Below, one piece after another: positions 39,749 to 49,093 of a stretch of 64,000 nt of DNA (positions within the stretch are counted from its first letter, which is position 1; each line of letters starts with the position of its first letter). The DNA lies in the NCBI GenBank assembly GCA_038227875.1, contig JBBRPR010000004.1, positions 96,001 to 160,000 on the forward strand. Reading direction: 5' to 3'. Under the pieces are notes generated by a model. It did no database searches. It was not told where the DNA came from and saw only the letters and a list, made by a program, of their open reading frames with translations. The translations under genes were made by a program, and so were the position numbers. Origin of the DNA: Planctomycetota bacterium. GTDB lineage: Bacteria; Planctomycetota; SZUA-567; H5-PLA8.

Positions 39749-40083
39749 GGTAACGTTATTCTCCGTTTCACCGGGCGCTGGACGGCGCGCGGGACCGCAA
39801 AAGCTACCAGCTTATGCAGTATCAGCAATAAAAGGTATGAGGAGTTGGCCGAAGCGGCCGCGCGGTCTCCGGCCGATCAGCCGGGCCGCGCTAAATACCC
39901 AACAGCCCGCTGAAAAAGCCTCGTTCCGCCAAGTTTCTCCGTGAAACGCCTGGCAGTAAAGGCGTTTCTCGGCGCAGTCCAAGGGGTTCACAGCGGGCTG
40001 TTAAGCCGGCAAAGGAAGGAAGTGGCGTCGCGTTCATGGTCTGATCAACATATTCCATGGAGGATGAAAAAGCAATTCATCAG

Positions 40084-40184
40084 AACCCGTGTGCCAATTG
40101 GCACACGGGTTGTCGTGTCATTTTGACCTTAGGAGCAATTGCTCCTAAGGTCAGAACAACCCTGGTACAAATTTGGACCAGGGT
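40084..40184. repeat. Three tandem palindromes with AATT-containing centres
   Basis: 40084-40111 (28 bp, perfect), 40124-40153 (30 bp, perfect) and 40159-40184 (26 bp, one mismatch). Confidence 0.8.
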
Positions 40185-40315
40185 CGGAAACGTGTTGTAG
40201 GGGAACCTCCAGGACACGTGGCTTGGGGCGAGTTCCTTGCGAATAATCTTTGCGATTTCCGAACCTGGCGCGTGCTCCGTCTGTCTAGACTTCAGTAGAA
40301 CGTGGAGGCGAGCGG

Positions 40316-41260
40316 GTGACCCAGAGGGACATCGACCTGGCAAAGGCGGGCGACTTGCCGGCGTTTGAGCGGTTGGTCGAACACTTTCAGCCGATGGTCG
40401 AAAGCGTGGCGCTTGGCTTTCTGGCGCGGCACGAAGATGTGCAGGACTGCGTGCAGGAAACGTTTCTGCGCGCATACACGGCGCTGCCGGCGCTGCGTTC
40501 CTCCGTCGCGTTTCCAGTGTGGCTGATGTCCATCGCGCGAACCACGGCGCTCAACCAGCGTGACAAACGCTCGCGGCGCCGCGAAGTGACCTTGGACGTT
40601 CCGGAAGCCGATCGCGCCGGGCCAGAACCCTCTTCAGCAAACGAACCGCTGGAGGTCGCCCTGCGCGAACTGGAGCCGCGCAAACGCCAGTTGTTACTGC
40701 TCCATTATTTTGACGAATTGCCGGTCGCGCGCATCGCCGAACTGTTGTCCAGTCCGGAGGGCTCGGTTAAACGCCTGCTCCACGAAGCCCGGGCGCAGTT
40801 GCGCGAACTGCTCCAGCCCGCCGATGTGAAAGTCCGTCTGGCCGAACACGCCCCCGAATTGCGGAGACAGATTATGGACGAAGCACCGATCGTGAAATTC
40901 ACCAACATATTGCTGTTGACCGCGTTCAAGGAAAATGCCATACGCATCGTGATCGATCCGAGCGAATCCAATCCGCGCGTGAGTCTTGATGTGCTGGGTC
41001 AGATCCAGGATATTCCGCCCGCAACACCGCGTGTCCTGCAAGGCGCCTGCGATCGGCTCTGGCTGTTAAGCGGCGGAAAGAGCGTGTCAATTTACGCCAA
41101 CGGCGTATCCCGTGCCGTCCAGGCGCGGCGCGAGCCCGATGGGCGGATGACAGTGGAGATCGGCGAGCCTGACCCCTCAGGCCGGCGTGAACTGCCCGAG
41201 CACCCGCGGCCCCTGGGCTCCGGTGGCGCTGGGGAGATTGCTGGGGCGGCCGAGGGCTGA
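40316..41260 (+). CDS. ECF sigma-70 factor with C-terminal PilB/GspE N2-like domain
   Basis: Sigma2 (AFERLV...DCVQETFLRAY...FPVWLMSIAR) and sigma4 (IAELLSSPEGSVKRLLHEAR), then DEAPIVKFTNILLLTAFKENAIRIVIDP. Confidence 0.85.
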   Translation: MTQRDIDLAKAGDLPAFERLVEHFQPMVESVALGFLARHEDVQDCVQETFLRAYTALPALRSSVAFPVWLMSIARTTALNQRDKRSRRREVTLDVPEADRAGPEPSSANEPLEVALRELEPRKRQLLLLHYFDELPVARIAELLSSPEGSVKRLLHEARAQLRELLQPADVKVRLAEHAPELRRQIMDEAPIVKFTNILLLTAFKENAIRIVIDPSESNPRVSLDVLGQIQDIPPATPRVLQGACDRLWLLSGGKSVSIYANGVSRAVQARREPDGRMTVEIGEPDPSGRRELPEHPRPLGSGGAGEIAGAAEG

Positions 41261-42376
41261 TTCGCGGGCGAGAATCGCAAACGCGATGCTCTCCTTGGCC
41301 TTCAGCGGCAATCCATACTTGTCGGACGTTTCGATCTTCAGGTTCGGGAGTTCGCGGCGCAGCAGGTCCATCAAGACGGGGTTGAGCGCGCCGCCGCCCG
41401 AGACGATCAGTTCGTCCACTTTGCCGCGGGGAATCACGAAATGCTTGAGGCTGTCGGCGATGGTCAGCGCGGTGAATTCCGTCGCGGTGGTGATGATGTC
41501 CCGGGGCATCGCGCCGATCTTGTTGCCGTAGTCGAACATCTTCATCGCATAGTCGATGCCGAATTCCTCGCGCCCGGTGCTCTTGGGCGGCTTACATTTC
41601 AAATAGTTGTGCATCATCATTTCGGCCAGCAGCGGGCGGTGGATCGTGCCTGACGCGGCGATGTCGCCGTCGCGGTCGTAGGAGTCGTTGCCTTTGGTCA
41701 TGTACTGGACCATGGCGTCGATGATCATGTTGCCCGGCCCGCTGTCGTAAGCGAGCGTGTCTTCGGGCTTTCCGGCCGCGGGGAGATAGGTCAGGTTGGA
41801 GATGCCGCCGATGTTCAGCGCGACGCGGTTGATCGTGTCGTGGGAGAACATCAGGTAGTCGACGAACGGCACCAGCGGCGCGCCTTGCCCGCCGGCCGCG
41901 ACATCGCGCGCGCGGAAATTGGAGATCACGCTGATGCCTGTGCGTTCGGCGATCACCGCTGCTTCGCCCAGTTGCAGCGTCGCGCCGAGCTGGTAGATGC
42001 TGCCGCCGGTGCGCGGCGGAATATGGGAGATCGTCTGCCCGTGGCTGCCGATCAGGTCCACATCGGCCGCGGCGACGCCGGCGGAATCAAGCAGTTGCTT
42101 GGTCGATGCGGCGAAGACTTCAGCCAGGAGATAACTGAGCTCGCAGATTTCCGCTGACGTGCCGCCCTTTGGATCGGAGGCGCGCAGAACTCTTTCGCGC
42201 ACGAATTCCGGATACGGTTCGGTGTGTTCGGCGATCAGGTTGACTTTCAACCCGCCGCGCCCCGCGCCGGAGATTTCACACAGCGCCGCATCGACGCCAT
42301 CGGCACTGGTGCCGGACATCAAACCGACGACGCGATGCGTCGTGCGTTCCTGAAATTTCTGCAGCGGCAGATGCAT
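41177..42376 (-). CDS. anmK: Anhydro-N-acetylmuramic acid kinase
   Basis: GLMSGTSADGVDAA, GSHGQT, DVAAGGQGAPLVP, NIGGISN, DSGPGN, KSTGREEF, SGGG and KESIAFA. Confidence 0.95.
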   Translation of the reverse strand: MHLPLQKFQERTTHRVVGLMSGTSADGVDAALCEISGAGRGGLKVNLIAEHTEPYPEFVRERVLRASDPKGGTSAEICELSYLLAEVFAASTKQLLDSAGVAAADVDLIGSHGQTISHIPPRTGGSIYQLGATLQLGEAAVIAERTGISVISNFRARDVAAGGQGAPLVPFVDYLMFSHDTINRVALNIGGISNLTYLPAAGKPEDTLAYDSGPGNMIIDAMVQYMTKGNDSYDRDGDIAASGTIHRPLLAEMMMHNYLKCKPPKSTGREEFGIDYAMKMFDYGNKIGAMPRDIITTATEFTALTIADSLKHFVIPRGKVDELIVSGGGALNPVLMDLLRRELPNLKIETSDKYGLPLKAKESIAFAILARESALGRPSNLPSATGAQGPRVLGQFTPA

Positions 42377-42458
42377 GGTGGATTCTCCGGGCGGCGAGTC
42401 TAGCAGTATGTGCGTTTTGCGGCAATAGAGTGGCTTCGTGGCTCTTGGGAGAGCCGCC

Positions 42459-43769
42459 CTACACCTTCACGTATCGTTTGCCGGGCAACTGTTTGCAGAG
42501 CCGCCGGACTTCCAGCACCAGCAGCGTTGCCAGCACTTCCTGCGGTTTGAGTTTGCTCGCGACGATCAGCTCGTCGACGGCGCGCGCGGTGCTCTGGTCG
42601 AGCAGATCGAAGATCAGGCGTTCGCGCGGGTTGAGTTTCTGGGCGCGGAGATCGGACGTGGTGGGGCGGGTGGGATCCAGTGGCGGCGGCGCGTTTTCGC
42701 GCGATTTTTTCCCGGTCGGCGCTTCGGGTGTGGATGGGATCTCGACCGCGGCGGCCGAATCGTCGAGCAGCGGCATGGCGATCGCGGAAGTTTTACCGGC
42801 GCGCGCCGGCGTGAGGCGCAGGCGCGGATCGGGCGGGTTGATCTTCACCAACGGTTCGGCGACTTCGCGAATTTCCTCGAGGATATCGTCGACATCTTCG
42901 ACCAGTTTCGCGCCGGCCTTGATCAGGCGATGCGGGCCGCGCGCGTTGGGGCTCTCCACGCTGCCGGGGACGGCGAAGACTTCGCGGTCCATGTCGACGG
43001 CGTAGCGCGCGGTGATCAGCGAGCCGGAAGTTTCTGAGCCTTCGACGACGACGGTGCCCAGCGTCATCCCCGCGATGATTCGGTTGCGGCCGGGAAAATG
43101 CTGCGCGGCCGGAGGCGTGTCGAGCGGGAGTTCGCTTAAAATCGCGCCGCGCCGCACGCCCTGCGCGGTGATGCGTTCGTACAGACCCTTGTTCTCCGGC
43201 GGATAAACCGTGCCGATGCCATTGCCGAGCACCGCGATGGTGCGGCCCCGGTCGACGGAAAGCGCGCCGGCATGCGCGGCCGTATCGATGCCGCGCGCCA
43301 GTCCGCTGACGACCGTGAATCCCGCCGCCGCCAGACCTGCTGCGAGCTTTTCCGCCTGCGCCCGGCCGTAGTGCGAACAGTGGCGCGAGCCGACGATGGC
43401 GATGGAGAGCATGTCTTCCGGCAGCATTTCGCCGTCGACATAGAGCACGATCGGTGGATCGTATGTTGAAAGCAGCGGCCGCGGATAAAGGGGCGAATCG
43501 AGCGTGAGGATCTGCACGCCGCGCTGCGCGGCCCGCGCGATTTCCTGCTCGGCCCACGGATCGCGTCGCGCGTCGGCGATGCCATCGACGGTGCGGGCTG
43601 TGACATCCGGAATTTCGCGCAGCCGCTCGGCCGGCGCCGCGAGCGCCGCTTCCGCCGAGCCGAAAACGCGGACCAGTTTGCGGTACGTGACCGGTCCCAC
43701 GAAGCGTGCATGGGCCAGGCGCAGCGTCGCGGCGATGGCGGCGGGTTCAGGTGCGGCGGTTTCGGGCAT
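42459..43769 (-). CDS. dprA: DNA-processing protein DprA
   Basis: IAIVGSR, VVSGLARGIDTAAH, FPGRNRIIAG, SGSLITA and REVFAVPG, plus a C-terminal winged helix. Confidence 0.95.
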   Translation of the reverse strand: MPETAAPEPAAIAATLRLAHARFVGPVTYRKLVRVFGSAEAALAAPAERLREIPDVTARTVDGIADARRDPWAEQEIARAAQRGVQILTLDSPLYPRPLLSTYDPPIVLYVDGEMLPEDMLSIAIVGSRHCSHYGRAQAEKLAAGLAAAGFTVVSGLARGIDTAAHAGALSVDRGRTIAVLGNGIGTVYPPENKGLYERITAQGVRRGAILSELPLDTPPAAQHFPGRNRIIAGMTLGTVVVEGSETSGSLITARYAVDMDREVFAVPGSVESPNARGPHRLIKAGAKLVEDVDDILEEIREVAEPLVKINPPDPRLRLTPARAGKTSAIAMPLLDDSAAAVEIPSTPEAPTGKKSRENAPPPLDPTRPTTSDLRAQKLNPRERLIFDLLDQSTARAVDELIVASKLKPQEVLATLLVLEVRRLCKQLPGKRYVKV

Positions 43770-43925
43770 GAGACCAAATTATCCCGGCAACGCCGCGCGG
43801 CGAATGAAAAACGGAGCGGCCCGTGAGTACAGACCAGGCGCCTCACACCAAGGTTGCTTTATCCCGCCACGTCCGGCTTTGAAGGCGGGAGACGCACCGA
43901 ATTTTAAAATTTATGTATTAATGAT

Positions 43926-43954
43926 TTGACAATGCCTATTTCACGGTCTATTAT
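43926..43954 (+). promoter_or_regulatory. Near-consensus sigma70 promoter with no obvious downstream gene
   Basis: TTGACA (43926-43931), 17 nt, TATTAT (43949-43954), with an AT-rich upstream element. Confidence 0.55.
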
Positions 43955-44289
43955 TAAAGCGCGCAGTATTCCGCTCTCTGACAACAGCATAGAGTTTCAA
44001 GAGCTGGGATATTCTGGCAGTCGGTTCCACATGAAATCGAGCTCCGTGGAACTCAACTGCCGGCGTCCCAAGGGCTTGCGTACGTCGCCAGGAAAGTACC
44101 ACAGTAGTGTTGTACTGGAAAACACCAAACACCTAGAAATGCGTAACATTATGTAACATTTTGTAACATTTGCCTATGAAAGAGTTGTGGTACTCACCCC
44201 GTGCAATTCAGGTCAAATGTTACACGACCCGAACTTCGCAGGACATTGTTCAGCAACGTTTGGGTAGCAAACTTGTCGAACTGCGCCAA

Positions 44290-46170
44290 CTACTGATGCG
44301 CGACTTTGTCCAACTCCGCCGCCAGATCCGCGCGCAGCTGGTACCAGACATTGACGTCGGAGCTCCACGCCGGACCGGCTTTTCCCTTCGGCGCGGCGGT
44401 GTTGGCGCGACCGGTCTGTTCAGCTTTCTGGGATTCGTCCCCGGCATTCACGGTGAGGCCGGAATTTCCCAGCGCTTCGGTCAGCGCGACGGGAATCACC
44501 TTCTTGACCAGCGCATCGGCGATGGCTTCCTTGCCCTGCTGCTTGAGCAGCCAGCCATATTCGTAATCCTGCAGTCCGCGGCGGTACGCTTTCATGCGCA
44601 GGCTGGCGAGCGGGCCGTCGATGGCGGGAAGACCGACGTCCGGCAGGCGCGCGCCGGGATAAAAGAGCACTCCATTGCCCCAGCGCGTGTCGTCGGGCTT
44701 GTAGCACGGACGCGTCAGTGGCGTCTTCGCGTCGCAGAAATCCATCGCCCACCAGAACGAACCGTTGACCTTGTAGCGCCAGCAGATCGTTCCCCATGTC
44801 CGCAGTTCGACGCCCGATGCGTTGACGCCGTGGACGCCGATGCAGGGGTGTCCGGAGTGATAAAACCAAACCGTCTCGCCCTCTTTTTCGCGCGGGACGA
44901 GAAATCCGGGATTGCAGGCGCTGCCATTGGGGCACCACCAGCGGTTGATGCCGCGCGGATCGGTGGCGGGGCTGGCGGCGAGCGTCGCGGGATCGGTGTG
45001 CGAGGTCCAGATCAAATTGATCTTGCCTTTGCCTGCGCCCGCATCGAGCGCGTCCTGGAGCTTCCTGGTATTCGTGCGCGATTGCGCGTCGCTGCCGGCT
45101 TCGTCAATGATGTAGGCGAGGATGCGCTTGTGGTCCCATTTCTTCGCAACGAGATGGTCCCAGAACGCTTTGGCGCCGTCGGTATACGTCTTCAATTTTG
45201 CATCGTCGAAGTCGGGGACCTTTCCGTCGTAAGCCTGAGCGAACGGCGCGCCCCAGAAATTCACGCCGGTGTTGGCACCGGGTCCGGTGTAACCCTGTTC
45301 CTTGGAGAACAGCGAGCCGTCGAGAATCTGACCGTAGGTCTTGTCGTAGAAGTCGAGTTGCTCCAGATTCGGCCCGCGGCCCATTCGATCGAAAATGACG
45401 AAGCGGTGCTGGTGCGCCATCTGGTGGTAGCGCTTCGCCACGGCCCACCATTTATCCGGATCCTTCTTGAACGACACGCCGTGGAAGTCGTAGCAGTTGC
45501 CGTAGAATTCGCCGTAGCCGTCGACGTGAGTTTCATCCGGCAGCGTAAACGCGTGCACGTTCAGTTCGAGCGTCGCGGAATATTTCACGTCTTTGTTGAC
45601 GGTGATCTTGATCGGCGCTTCGTAATTTCCTGGCTTTGCGTCTTTGGGGACGTAGAGGTCGAGCCACACGCCCTGGTTCGGCCCATTGGCGATCTTGATG
45701 TCGAAGGGCGCGCCGACGGGTTTGTGCGCGGGATCATACGGATCGTTGAACGGCGCGAGGACGTCGGGGTACCACTTCTTGTCCGGCAGCATCGTGCTCG
45801 CCGGACCCCACGACCAATCGCCGTGCGCGACGAACTGGTAGAGTTCCTGGCTGAGCTGAATATTCTGCGCGGCGGAGATGACGCCGGGGCCTTTCAGGTC
45901 GCCGATCTCCACGTTGACGGCGCTGACGTCGGCCTTGGCGCTGAGCATGATTTGCGCCGCGACGGTTTCGTTGCGGCCAGCGTGCAGCTTCAGGCACCTG
46001 GTTTTCGCGTCCCAGAAATGGGGCGACTCCGGAACTGCGCCGTCCTTGGTGATCTTCTCGCAGTCGCCGAGCCCCGCGACGGAAAACGGCGCGTCGGCAT
46101 CGGCGCCGTGCGCGCCCAGCGCCGCGAGAACAACGCTCAAGATTGCGTGGATTATGGAGGTGGATTTCAT
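44290..46170 (-). CDS. Secreted DUF4091/GH123-like glycoside hydrolase domain protein
   Basis: Signal peptide, GRNETVAAQ, YPDVLAP, VWLDLYVP...PGNY, IDEA and GNGVLFYPG...SLRMKAYRRGLQDYEY. Confidence 0.75.
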   Translation of the reverse strand: MKSTSIIHAILSVVLAALGAHGADADAPFSVAGLGDCEKITKDGAVPESPHFWDAKTRCLKLHAGRNETVAAQIMLSAKADVSAVNVEIGDLKGPGVISAAQNIQLSQELYQFVAHGDWSWGPASTMLPDKKWYPDVLAPFNDPYDPAHKPVGAPFDIKIANGPNQGVWLDLYVPKDAKPGNYEAPIKITVNKDVKYSATLELNVHAFTLPDETHVDGYGEFYGNCYDFHGVSFKKDPDKWWAVAKRYHQMAHQHRFVIFDRMGRGPNLEQLDFYDKTYGQILDGSLFSKEQGYTGPGANTGVNFWGAPFAQAYDGKVPDFDDAKLKTYTDGAKAFWDHLVAKKWDHKRILAYIIDEAGSDAQSRTNTRKLQDALDAGAGKGKINLIWTSHTDPATLAASPATDPRGINRWWCPNGSACNPGFLVPREKEGETVWFYHSGHPCIGVHGVNASGVELRTWGTICWRYKVNGSFWWAMDFCDAKTPLTRPCYKPDDTRWGNGVLFYPGARLPDVGLPAIDGPLASLRMKAYRRGLQDYEYGWLLKQQGKEAIADALVKKVIPVALTEALGNSGLTVNAGDESQKAEQTGRANTAAPKGKAGPAWSSDVNVWYQLRADLAAELDKVAHQ

Positions 46171-46214
46171 AGGAGCTCCTGAATCAGCGAAATTCATTTT
46201 AGCGGGTCGACGCG

Positions 46215-48941
46215 TCAGGGTTGCACGGAAATCACGTAGTCCTGTGAGTTTTGTACGGTGGAACTCGTCCGCTCTCCGTCCGCGCCAATGATGCTGACTT
46301 TGGCTTTGGACTGAACGGTGAACGTGAACGTCCCCGCCGCGGTCGCCTTGCCGCCCACGTAGAGGCCACTGATCCGCGCGCCTTTGGGCAGCGAAGTCGC
46401 CGTGGAGTGGACGCCGCGCGTCGGAAAATCCGCGGGGAACGTCAGCTTCGTTTTGAAGCGCTGGTTGAGTTTCACCGTGCCGAGATCGATCGCGCCGGCC
46501 GGAACGCTCGCGGCGGCCGTCGCCGTTGGAGTGAGCGCAGGCGAGGCTGCGATGGAGACGACTCCGGAAGTCGTGATCGACGCGCGGGTCGCTGCGTTTT
46601 GATCGGACGCGTAGGTGTAGCCGCTCAACGAGACCCCGGTGACGGTGAAGGTGAATGTGCCGGCGGCAGTGGACTTGGCGGAGGTAAATTTAATCGTGCC
46701 GGCCGTCGTGGTTTTGGTCGAAACCGTTGCGGTCGTCAGGCCGCTCCACGTACCTGTGACATTAGCTCCGCTGATTAGCGTGCCACTGCCATCCACAATC
46801 GTGATCGTGGCGCTGGCCGATTTGGAACGCGTACCGGCGAGTTTCATGGCGATGTTGGAAACGTGGAGCGATTTTCCGGGAGACGTAGCCGGGTTAATGA
46901 CGAGGCTCAACGTTGCCGAGCCCGTGCCGCCGGCGTTGGTGGCACTGAGCGACACGCTCGACGTTCCCGCCGTGGTTGGCGTGCCGGAGATCACGCCGCT
47001 GGCCGTGTTTACCGAGAGACCGGTGGGCAGGCCGGTGGCGTTGAAGCTGGTGGGCGAGTTGCTTGCTGAAATCACATAGGTAAACGCGCTGCCCACGGTG
47101 CCGCTGGCGGAGGTCGCGCTGGAAATCGCGGGCGCCTGCGGTGGCGCGGCGTTGATGGTGAGCGCCAGTGTCGCCGAACCGGTGCCGCCATGTCCATCCG
47201 TGACGGTGACGCTGGCCGTAAAATTTCCAGCAGCCGCGTACGCATGCGTCGCGGATGCGCCGGAGGCAGTCGCGCCGTCGCCGAAATTCCAGACGTAGGT
47301 GAGCGTGTCGCTATTGGCGTCGCTGGCGGCAGTGGTGAAATTGACCGACTGTCCCAGCATGGCCGGGTTGGGAGAGGCAAACGGCGCAGAAGTGATCACC
47401 GGTGGCACGTTGGCTGCGCTGATCGTCAGCGTCAGCGTGGCGGTTCCGGTTCCACCGGAATTCTTCGCGCTGATCGTGACGGTGGATGTTCCGGCGGAGG
47501 TCGGCGTGCCGGAGATGACGCCGGTGCCGGTGTTCACAGAAAGTCCCGCAGGCAGGCCGGTGGCGTTGAAGCTGGTGGGCGAGTTGCTGGCGGTGATCGT
47601 GTAGCTGAACGCCGATCCGGTGGTGCCGCCGGCGCTCGTGGGGCTGGTGATCACCGGCGCGGGAACGACGGCGCTTTGGAATTCGTACGGCCCGATGTCG
47701 AAGCCGATGCCGGACGGACGCGGGTTGTTGTCGGCGTCTTTCGTCACGCCGGAGACTGTCACGCCGGCGTCGATGCAGGGACTGGTGTTCTTGAGGTGGA
47801 AGTCCGTGGCGCTCACAAATTGCGGATCGAACGACTTGGCCTGCGCGGCGGCCGTGGAGCTCAACGCGCCGTTGCTGCTGCAGCTGAAGATCACATTGGA
47901 CGGGTCAAACGTCAGGCCTGACGTATCAGAGTCGGCAGAGATGGCGTAGTGCTCTTTGTAGAAGATGGTGTTCTTGATCGTCACGCTGGATCCGCTGCAG
48001 AGAATAATTCCTGCGTACGAAGTGTTTCCGGAGACCAGACAATTGGAGACAATCGAATTCGCGCCGCCGACGTTGATTCCGCCGCCGCCGGCGGTCTCTT
48101 CGGTATTGTTATAGGAGAGGCAATTGTAGAGGCGGACCTGGCCGTAGACGGGCGGGTTGCCGGTGTGGCCCCAGGCCTTCATGCCGACGCCCCAGTTCGG
48201 ACCGCCGTTGCGGTCGTTGTCGTGAGCGATGCAGCCGTCCATGTAGACGGGCGCGTCAAGATCGAATCCGTCGGAGAGATTGTCGTAGGCCTGACAATGC
48301 AGCAGCGTGATGTTGGCTTTGGTGCCTTGATGACCGATGCCGATGCCGTCGGTGCCGCCCAGGCAATTGTTCGCGTAGAATTTGCAATTTACGAGCGTGA
48401 TATTGGTGAGCACGTCGGTCGTGGAGTTGCATCCGAAGTCCGCGCCGCCGGCGTCGTTAAAATAAAAGTTGCTGTTCTCGATATCGATGTCGTCGATGGC
48501 TGCATCGAAATTCACCGTCAGGCCGTTCGATCCGGAGACCGTCGACGTGTTCGACGATCCCGCGTGAAAATTGCAATTGTAGACTTTGATGTGCGCCGTG
48601 CGCATGTTCAGGCCTTCGAGGAAATTCGTGCACTCAAAACCATTAACCACGATGTAACTGGCCGCGATGCGCAGCGCCTTACCCGCGCCGCCGGCGTTAA
48701 TCGTGACGGCTCCGTTGGCCATCAGCGTGATGTACGCGCTGCTGGTGCCAGGCTTGTTGATCTGCACGTTTTCGTTGTAGGTGCCAGCGTTGACGTGGAC
48801 AGTATCGCCGGGATTGGCGGCGGCCATCGCATTGGTGATGGAGCTTCCCGGGCTGACGTAAAAATCAGCGGCGATGAGCGGCGTGCTCAGAACGCAGAGT
48901 GCCGTCGCGCAGAACACGGAGAGAGCGGTGCGGTTTGCCAT
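46215..48941 (-). CDS. Secreted modular protein: beta-helix, He_PIG Ig, PKD, He_PIG Ig, C-terminal Ig-like domains
   Basis: Signal peptide, ANPGDTVHVNAGTY, DIGPYE, two ATGLP.GLSVNT..GVISGTPT repeats and PKD YVWNFGDG. Confidence 0.85.
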   Translation of the reverse strand: MANRTALSVFCATALCVLSTPLIAADFYVSPGSSITNAMAAANPGDTVHVNAGTYNENVQINKPGTSSAYITLMANGAVTINAGGAGKALRIAASYIVVNGFECTNFLEGLNMRTAHIKVYNCNFHAGSSNTSTVSGSNGLTVNFDAAIDDIDIENSNFYFNDAGGADFGCNSTTDVLTNITLVNCKFYANNCLGGTDGIGIGHQGTKANITLLHCQAYDNLSDGFDLDAPVYMDGCIAHDNDRNGGPNWGVGMKAWGHTGNPPVYGQVRLYNCLSYNNTEETAGGGGINVGGANSIVSNCLVSGNTSYAGIILCSGSSVTIKNTIFYKEHYAISADSDTSGLTFDPSNVIFSCSSNGALSSTAAAQAKSFDPQFVSATDFHLKNTSPCIDAGVTVSGVTKDADNNPRPSGIGFDIGPYEFQSAVVPAPVITSPTSAGGTTGSAFSYTITASNSPTSFNATGLPAGLSVNTGTGVISGTPTSAGTSTVTISAKNSGGTGTATLTLTISAANVPPVITSAPFASPNPAMLGQSVNFTTAASDANSDTLTYVWNFGDGATASGASATHAYAAAGNFTASVTVTDGHGGTGSATLALTINAAPPQAPAISSATSASGTVGSAFTYVISASNSPTSFNATGLPTGLSVNTASGVISGTPTTAGTSSVSLSATNAGGTGSATLSLVINPATSPGKSLHVSNIAMKLAGTRSKSASATITIVDGSGTLISGANVTGTWSGLTTATVSTKTTTAGTIKFTSAKSTAAGTFTFTVTGVSLSGYTYASDQNAATRASITTSGVVSIAASPALTPTATAAASVPAGAIDLGTVKLNQRFKTKLTFPADFPTRGVHSTATSLPKGARISGLYVGGKATAAGTFTFTVQSKAKVSIIGADGERTSSTVQNSQDYVISVQP

Positions 48942-48977
48942 GGTCCATTTTCCTCGAGAACGCCCGCGAAGGCAATT

Positions 48978-49009
48978 ATGGATAGTCCATCAATGGACTA
49001 ACCATAATA
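48978..49009 (-). promoter_or_regulatory. Tandem operator palindromes overlapping the -10 of the beta-helix gene
   Basis: ATGGATAGTCCAT (48978-48990) and ATGGACTAACCAT (48993-49005); minus-strand TATTAT at 49004-49009. Confidence 0.55.
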
Positions 49010-49093
49010 CACTGTTTTTGCACGGGTGAAGAGGTTTCTGAACTAAATCTCGTGCACGTGTGCAGTTGAAATTGGGTTGAACGGGCGTGGATT

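Noticed and set aside
40084..40184. CRISPR array
   Set aside because: The palindromes are not copies of one repeat, there are no spacers, and there are no cas genes in the window.
46900..47660. Internal nucleotide duplication as a DGR template/variable repeat pair
   Set aside because: Both copies are in-frame He_PIG Ig domains of one protein, and the differences are not confined to adenines.
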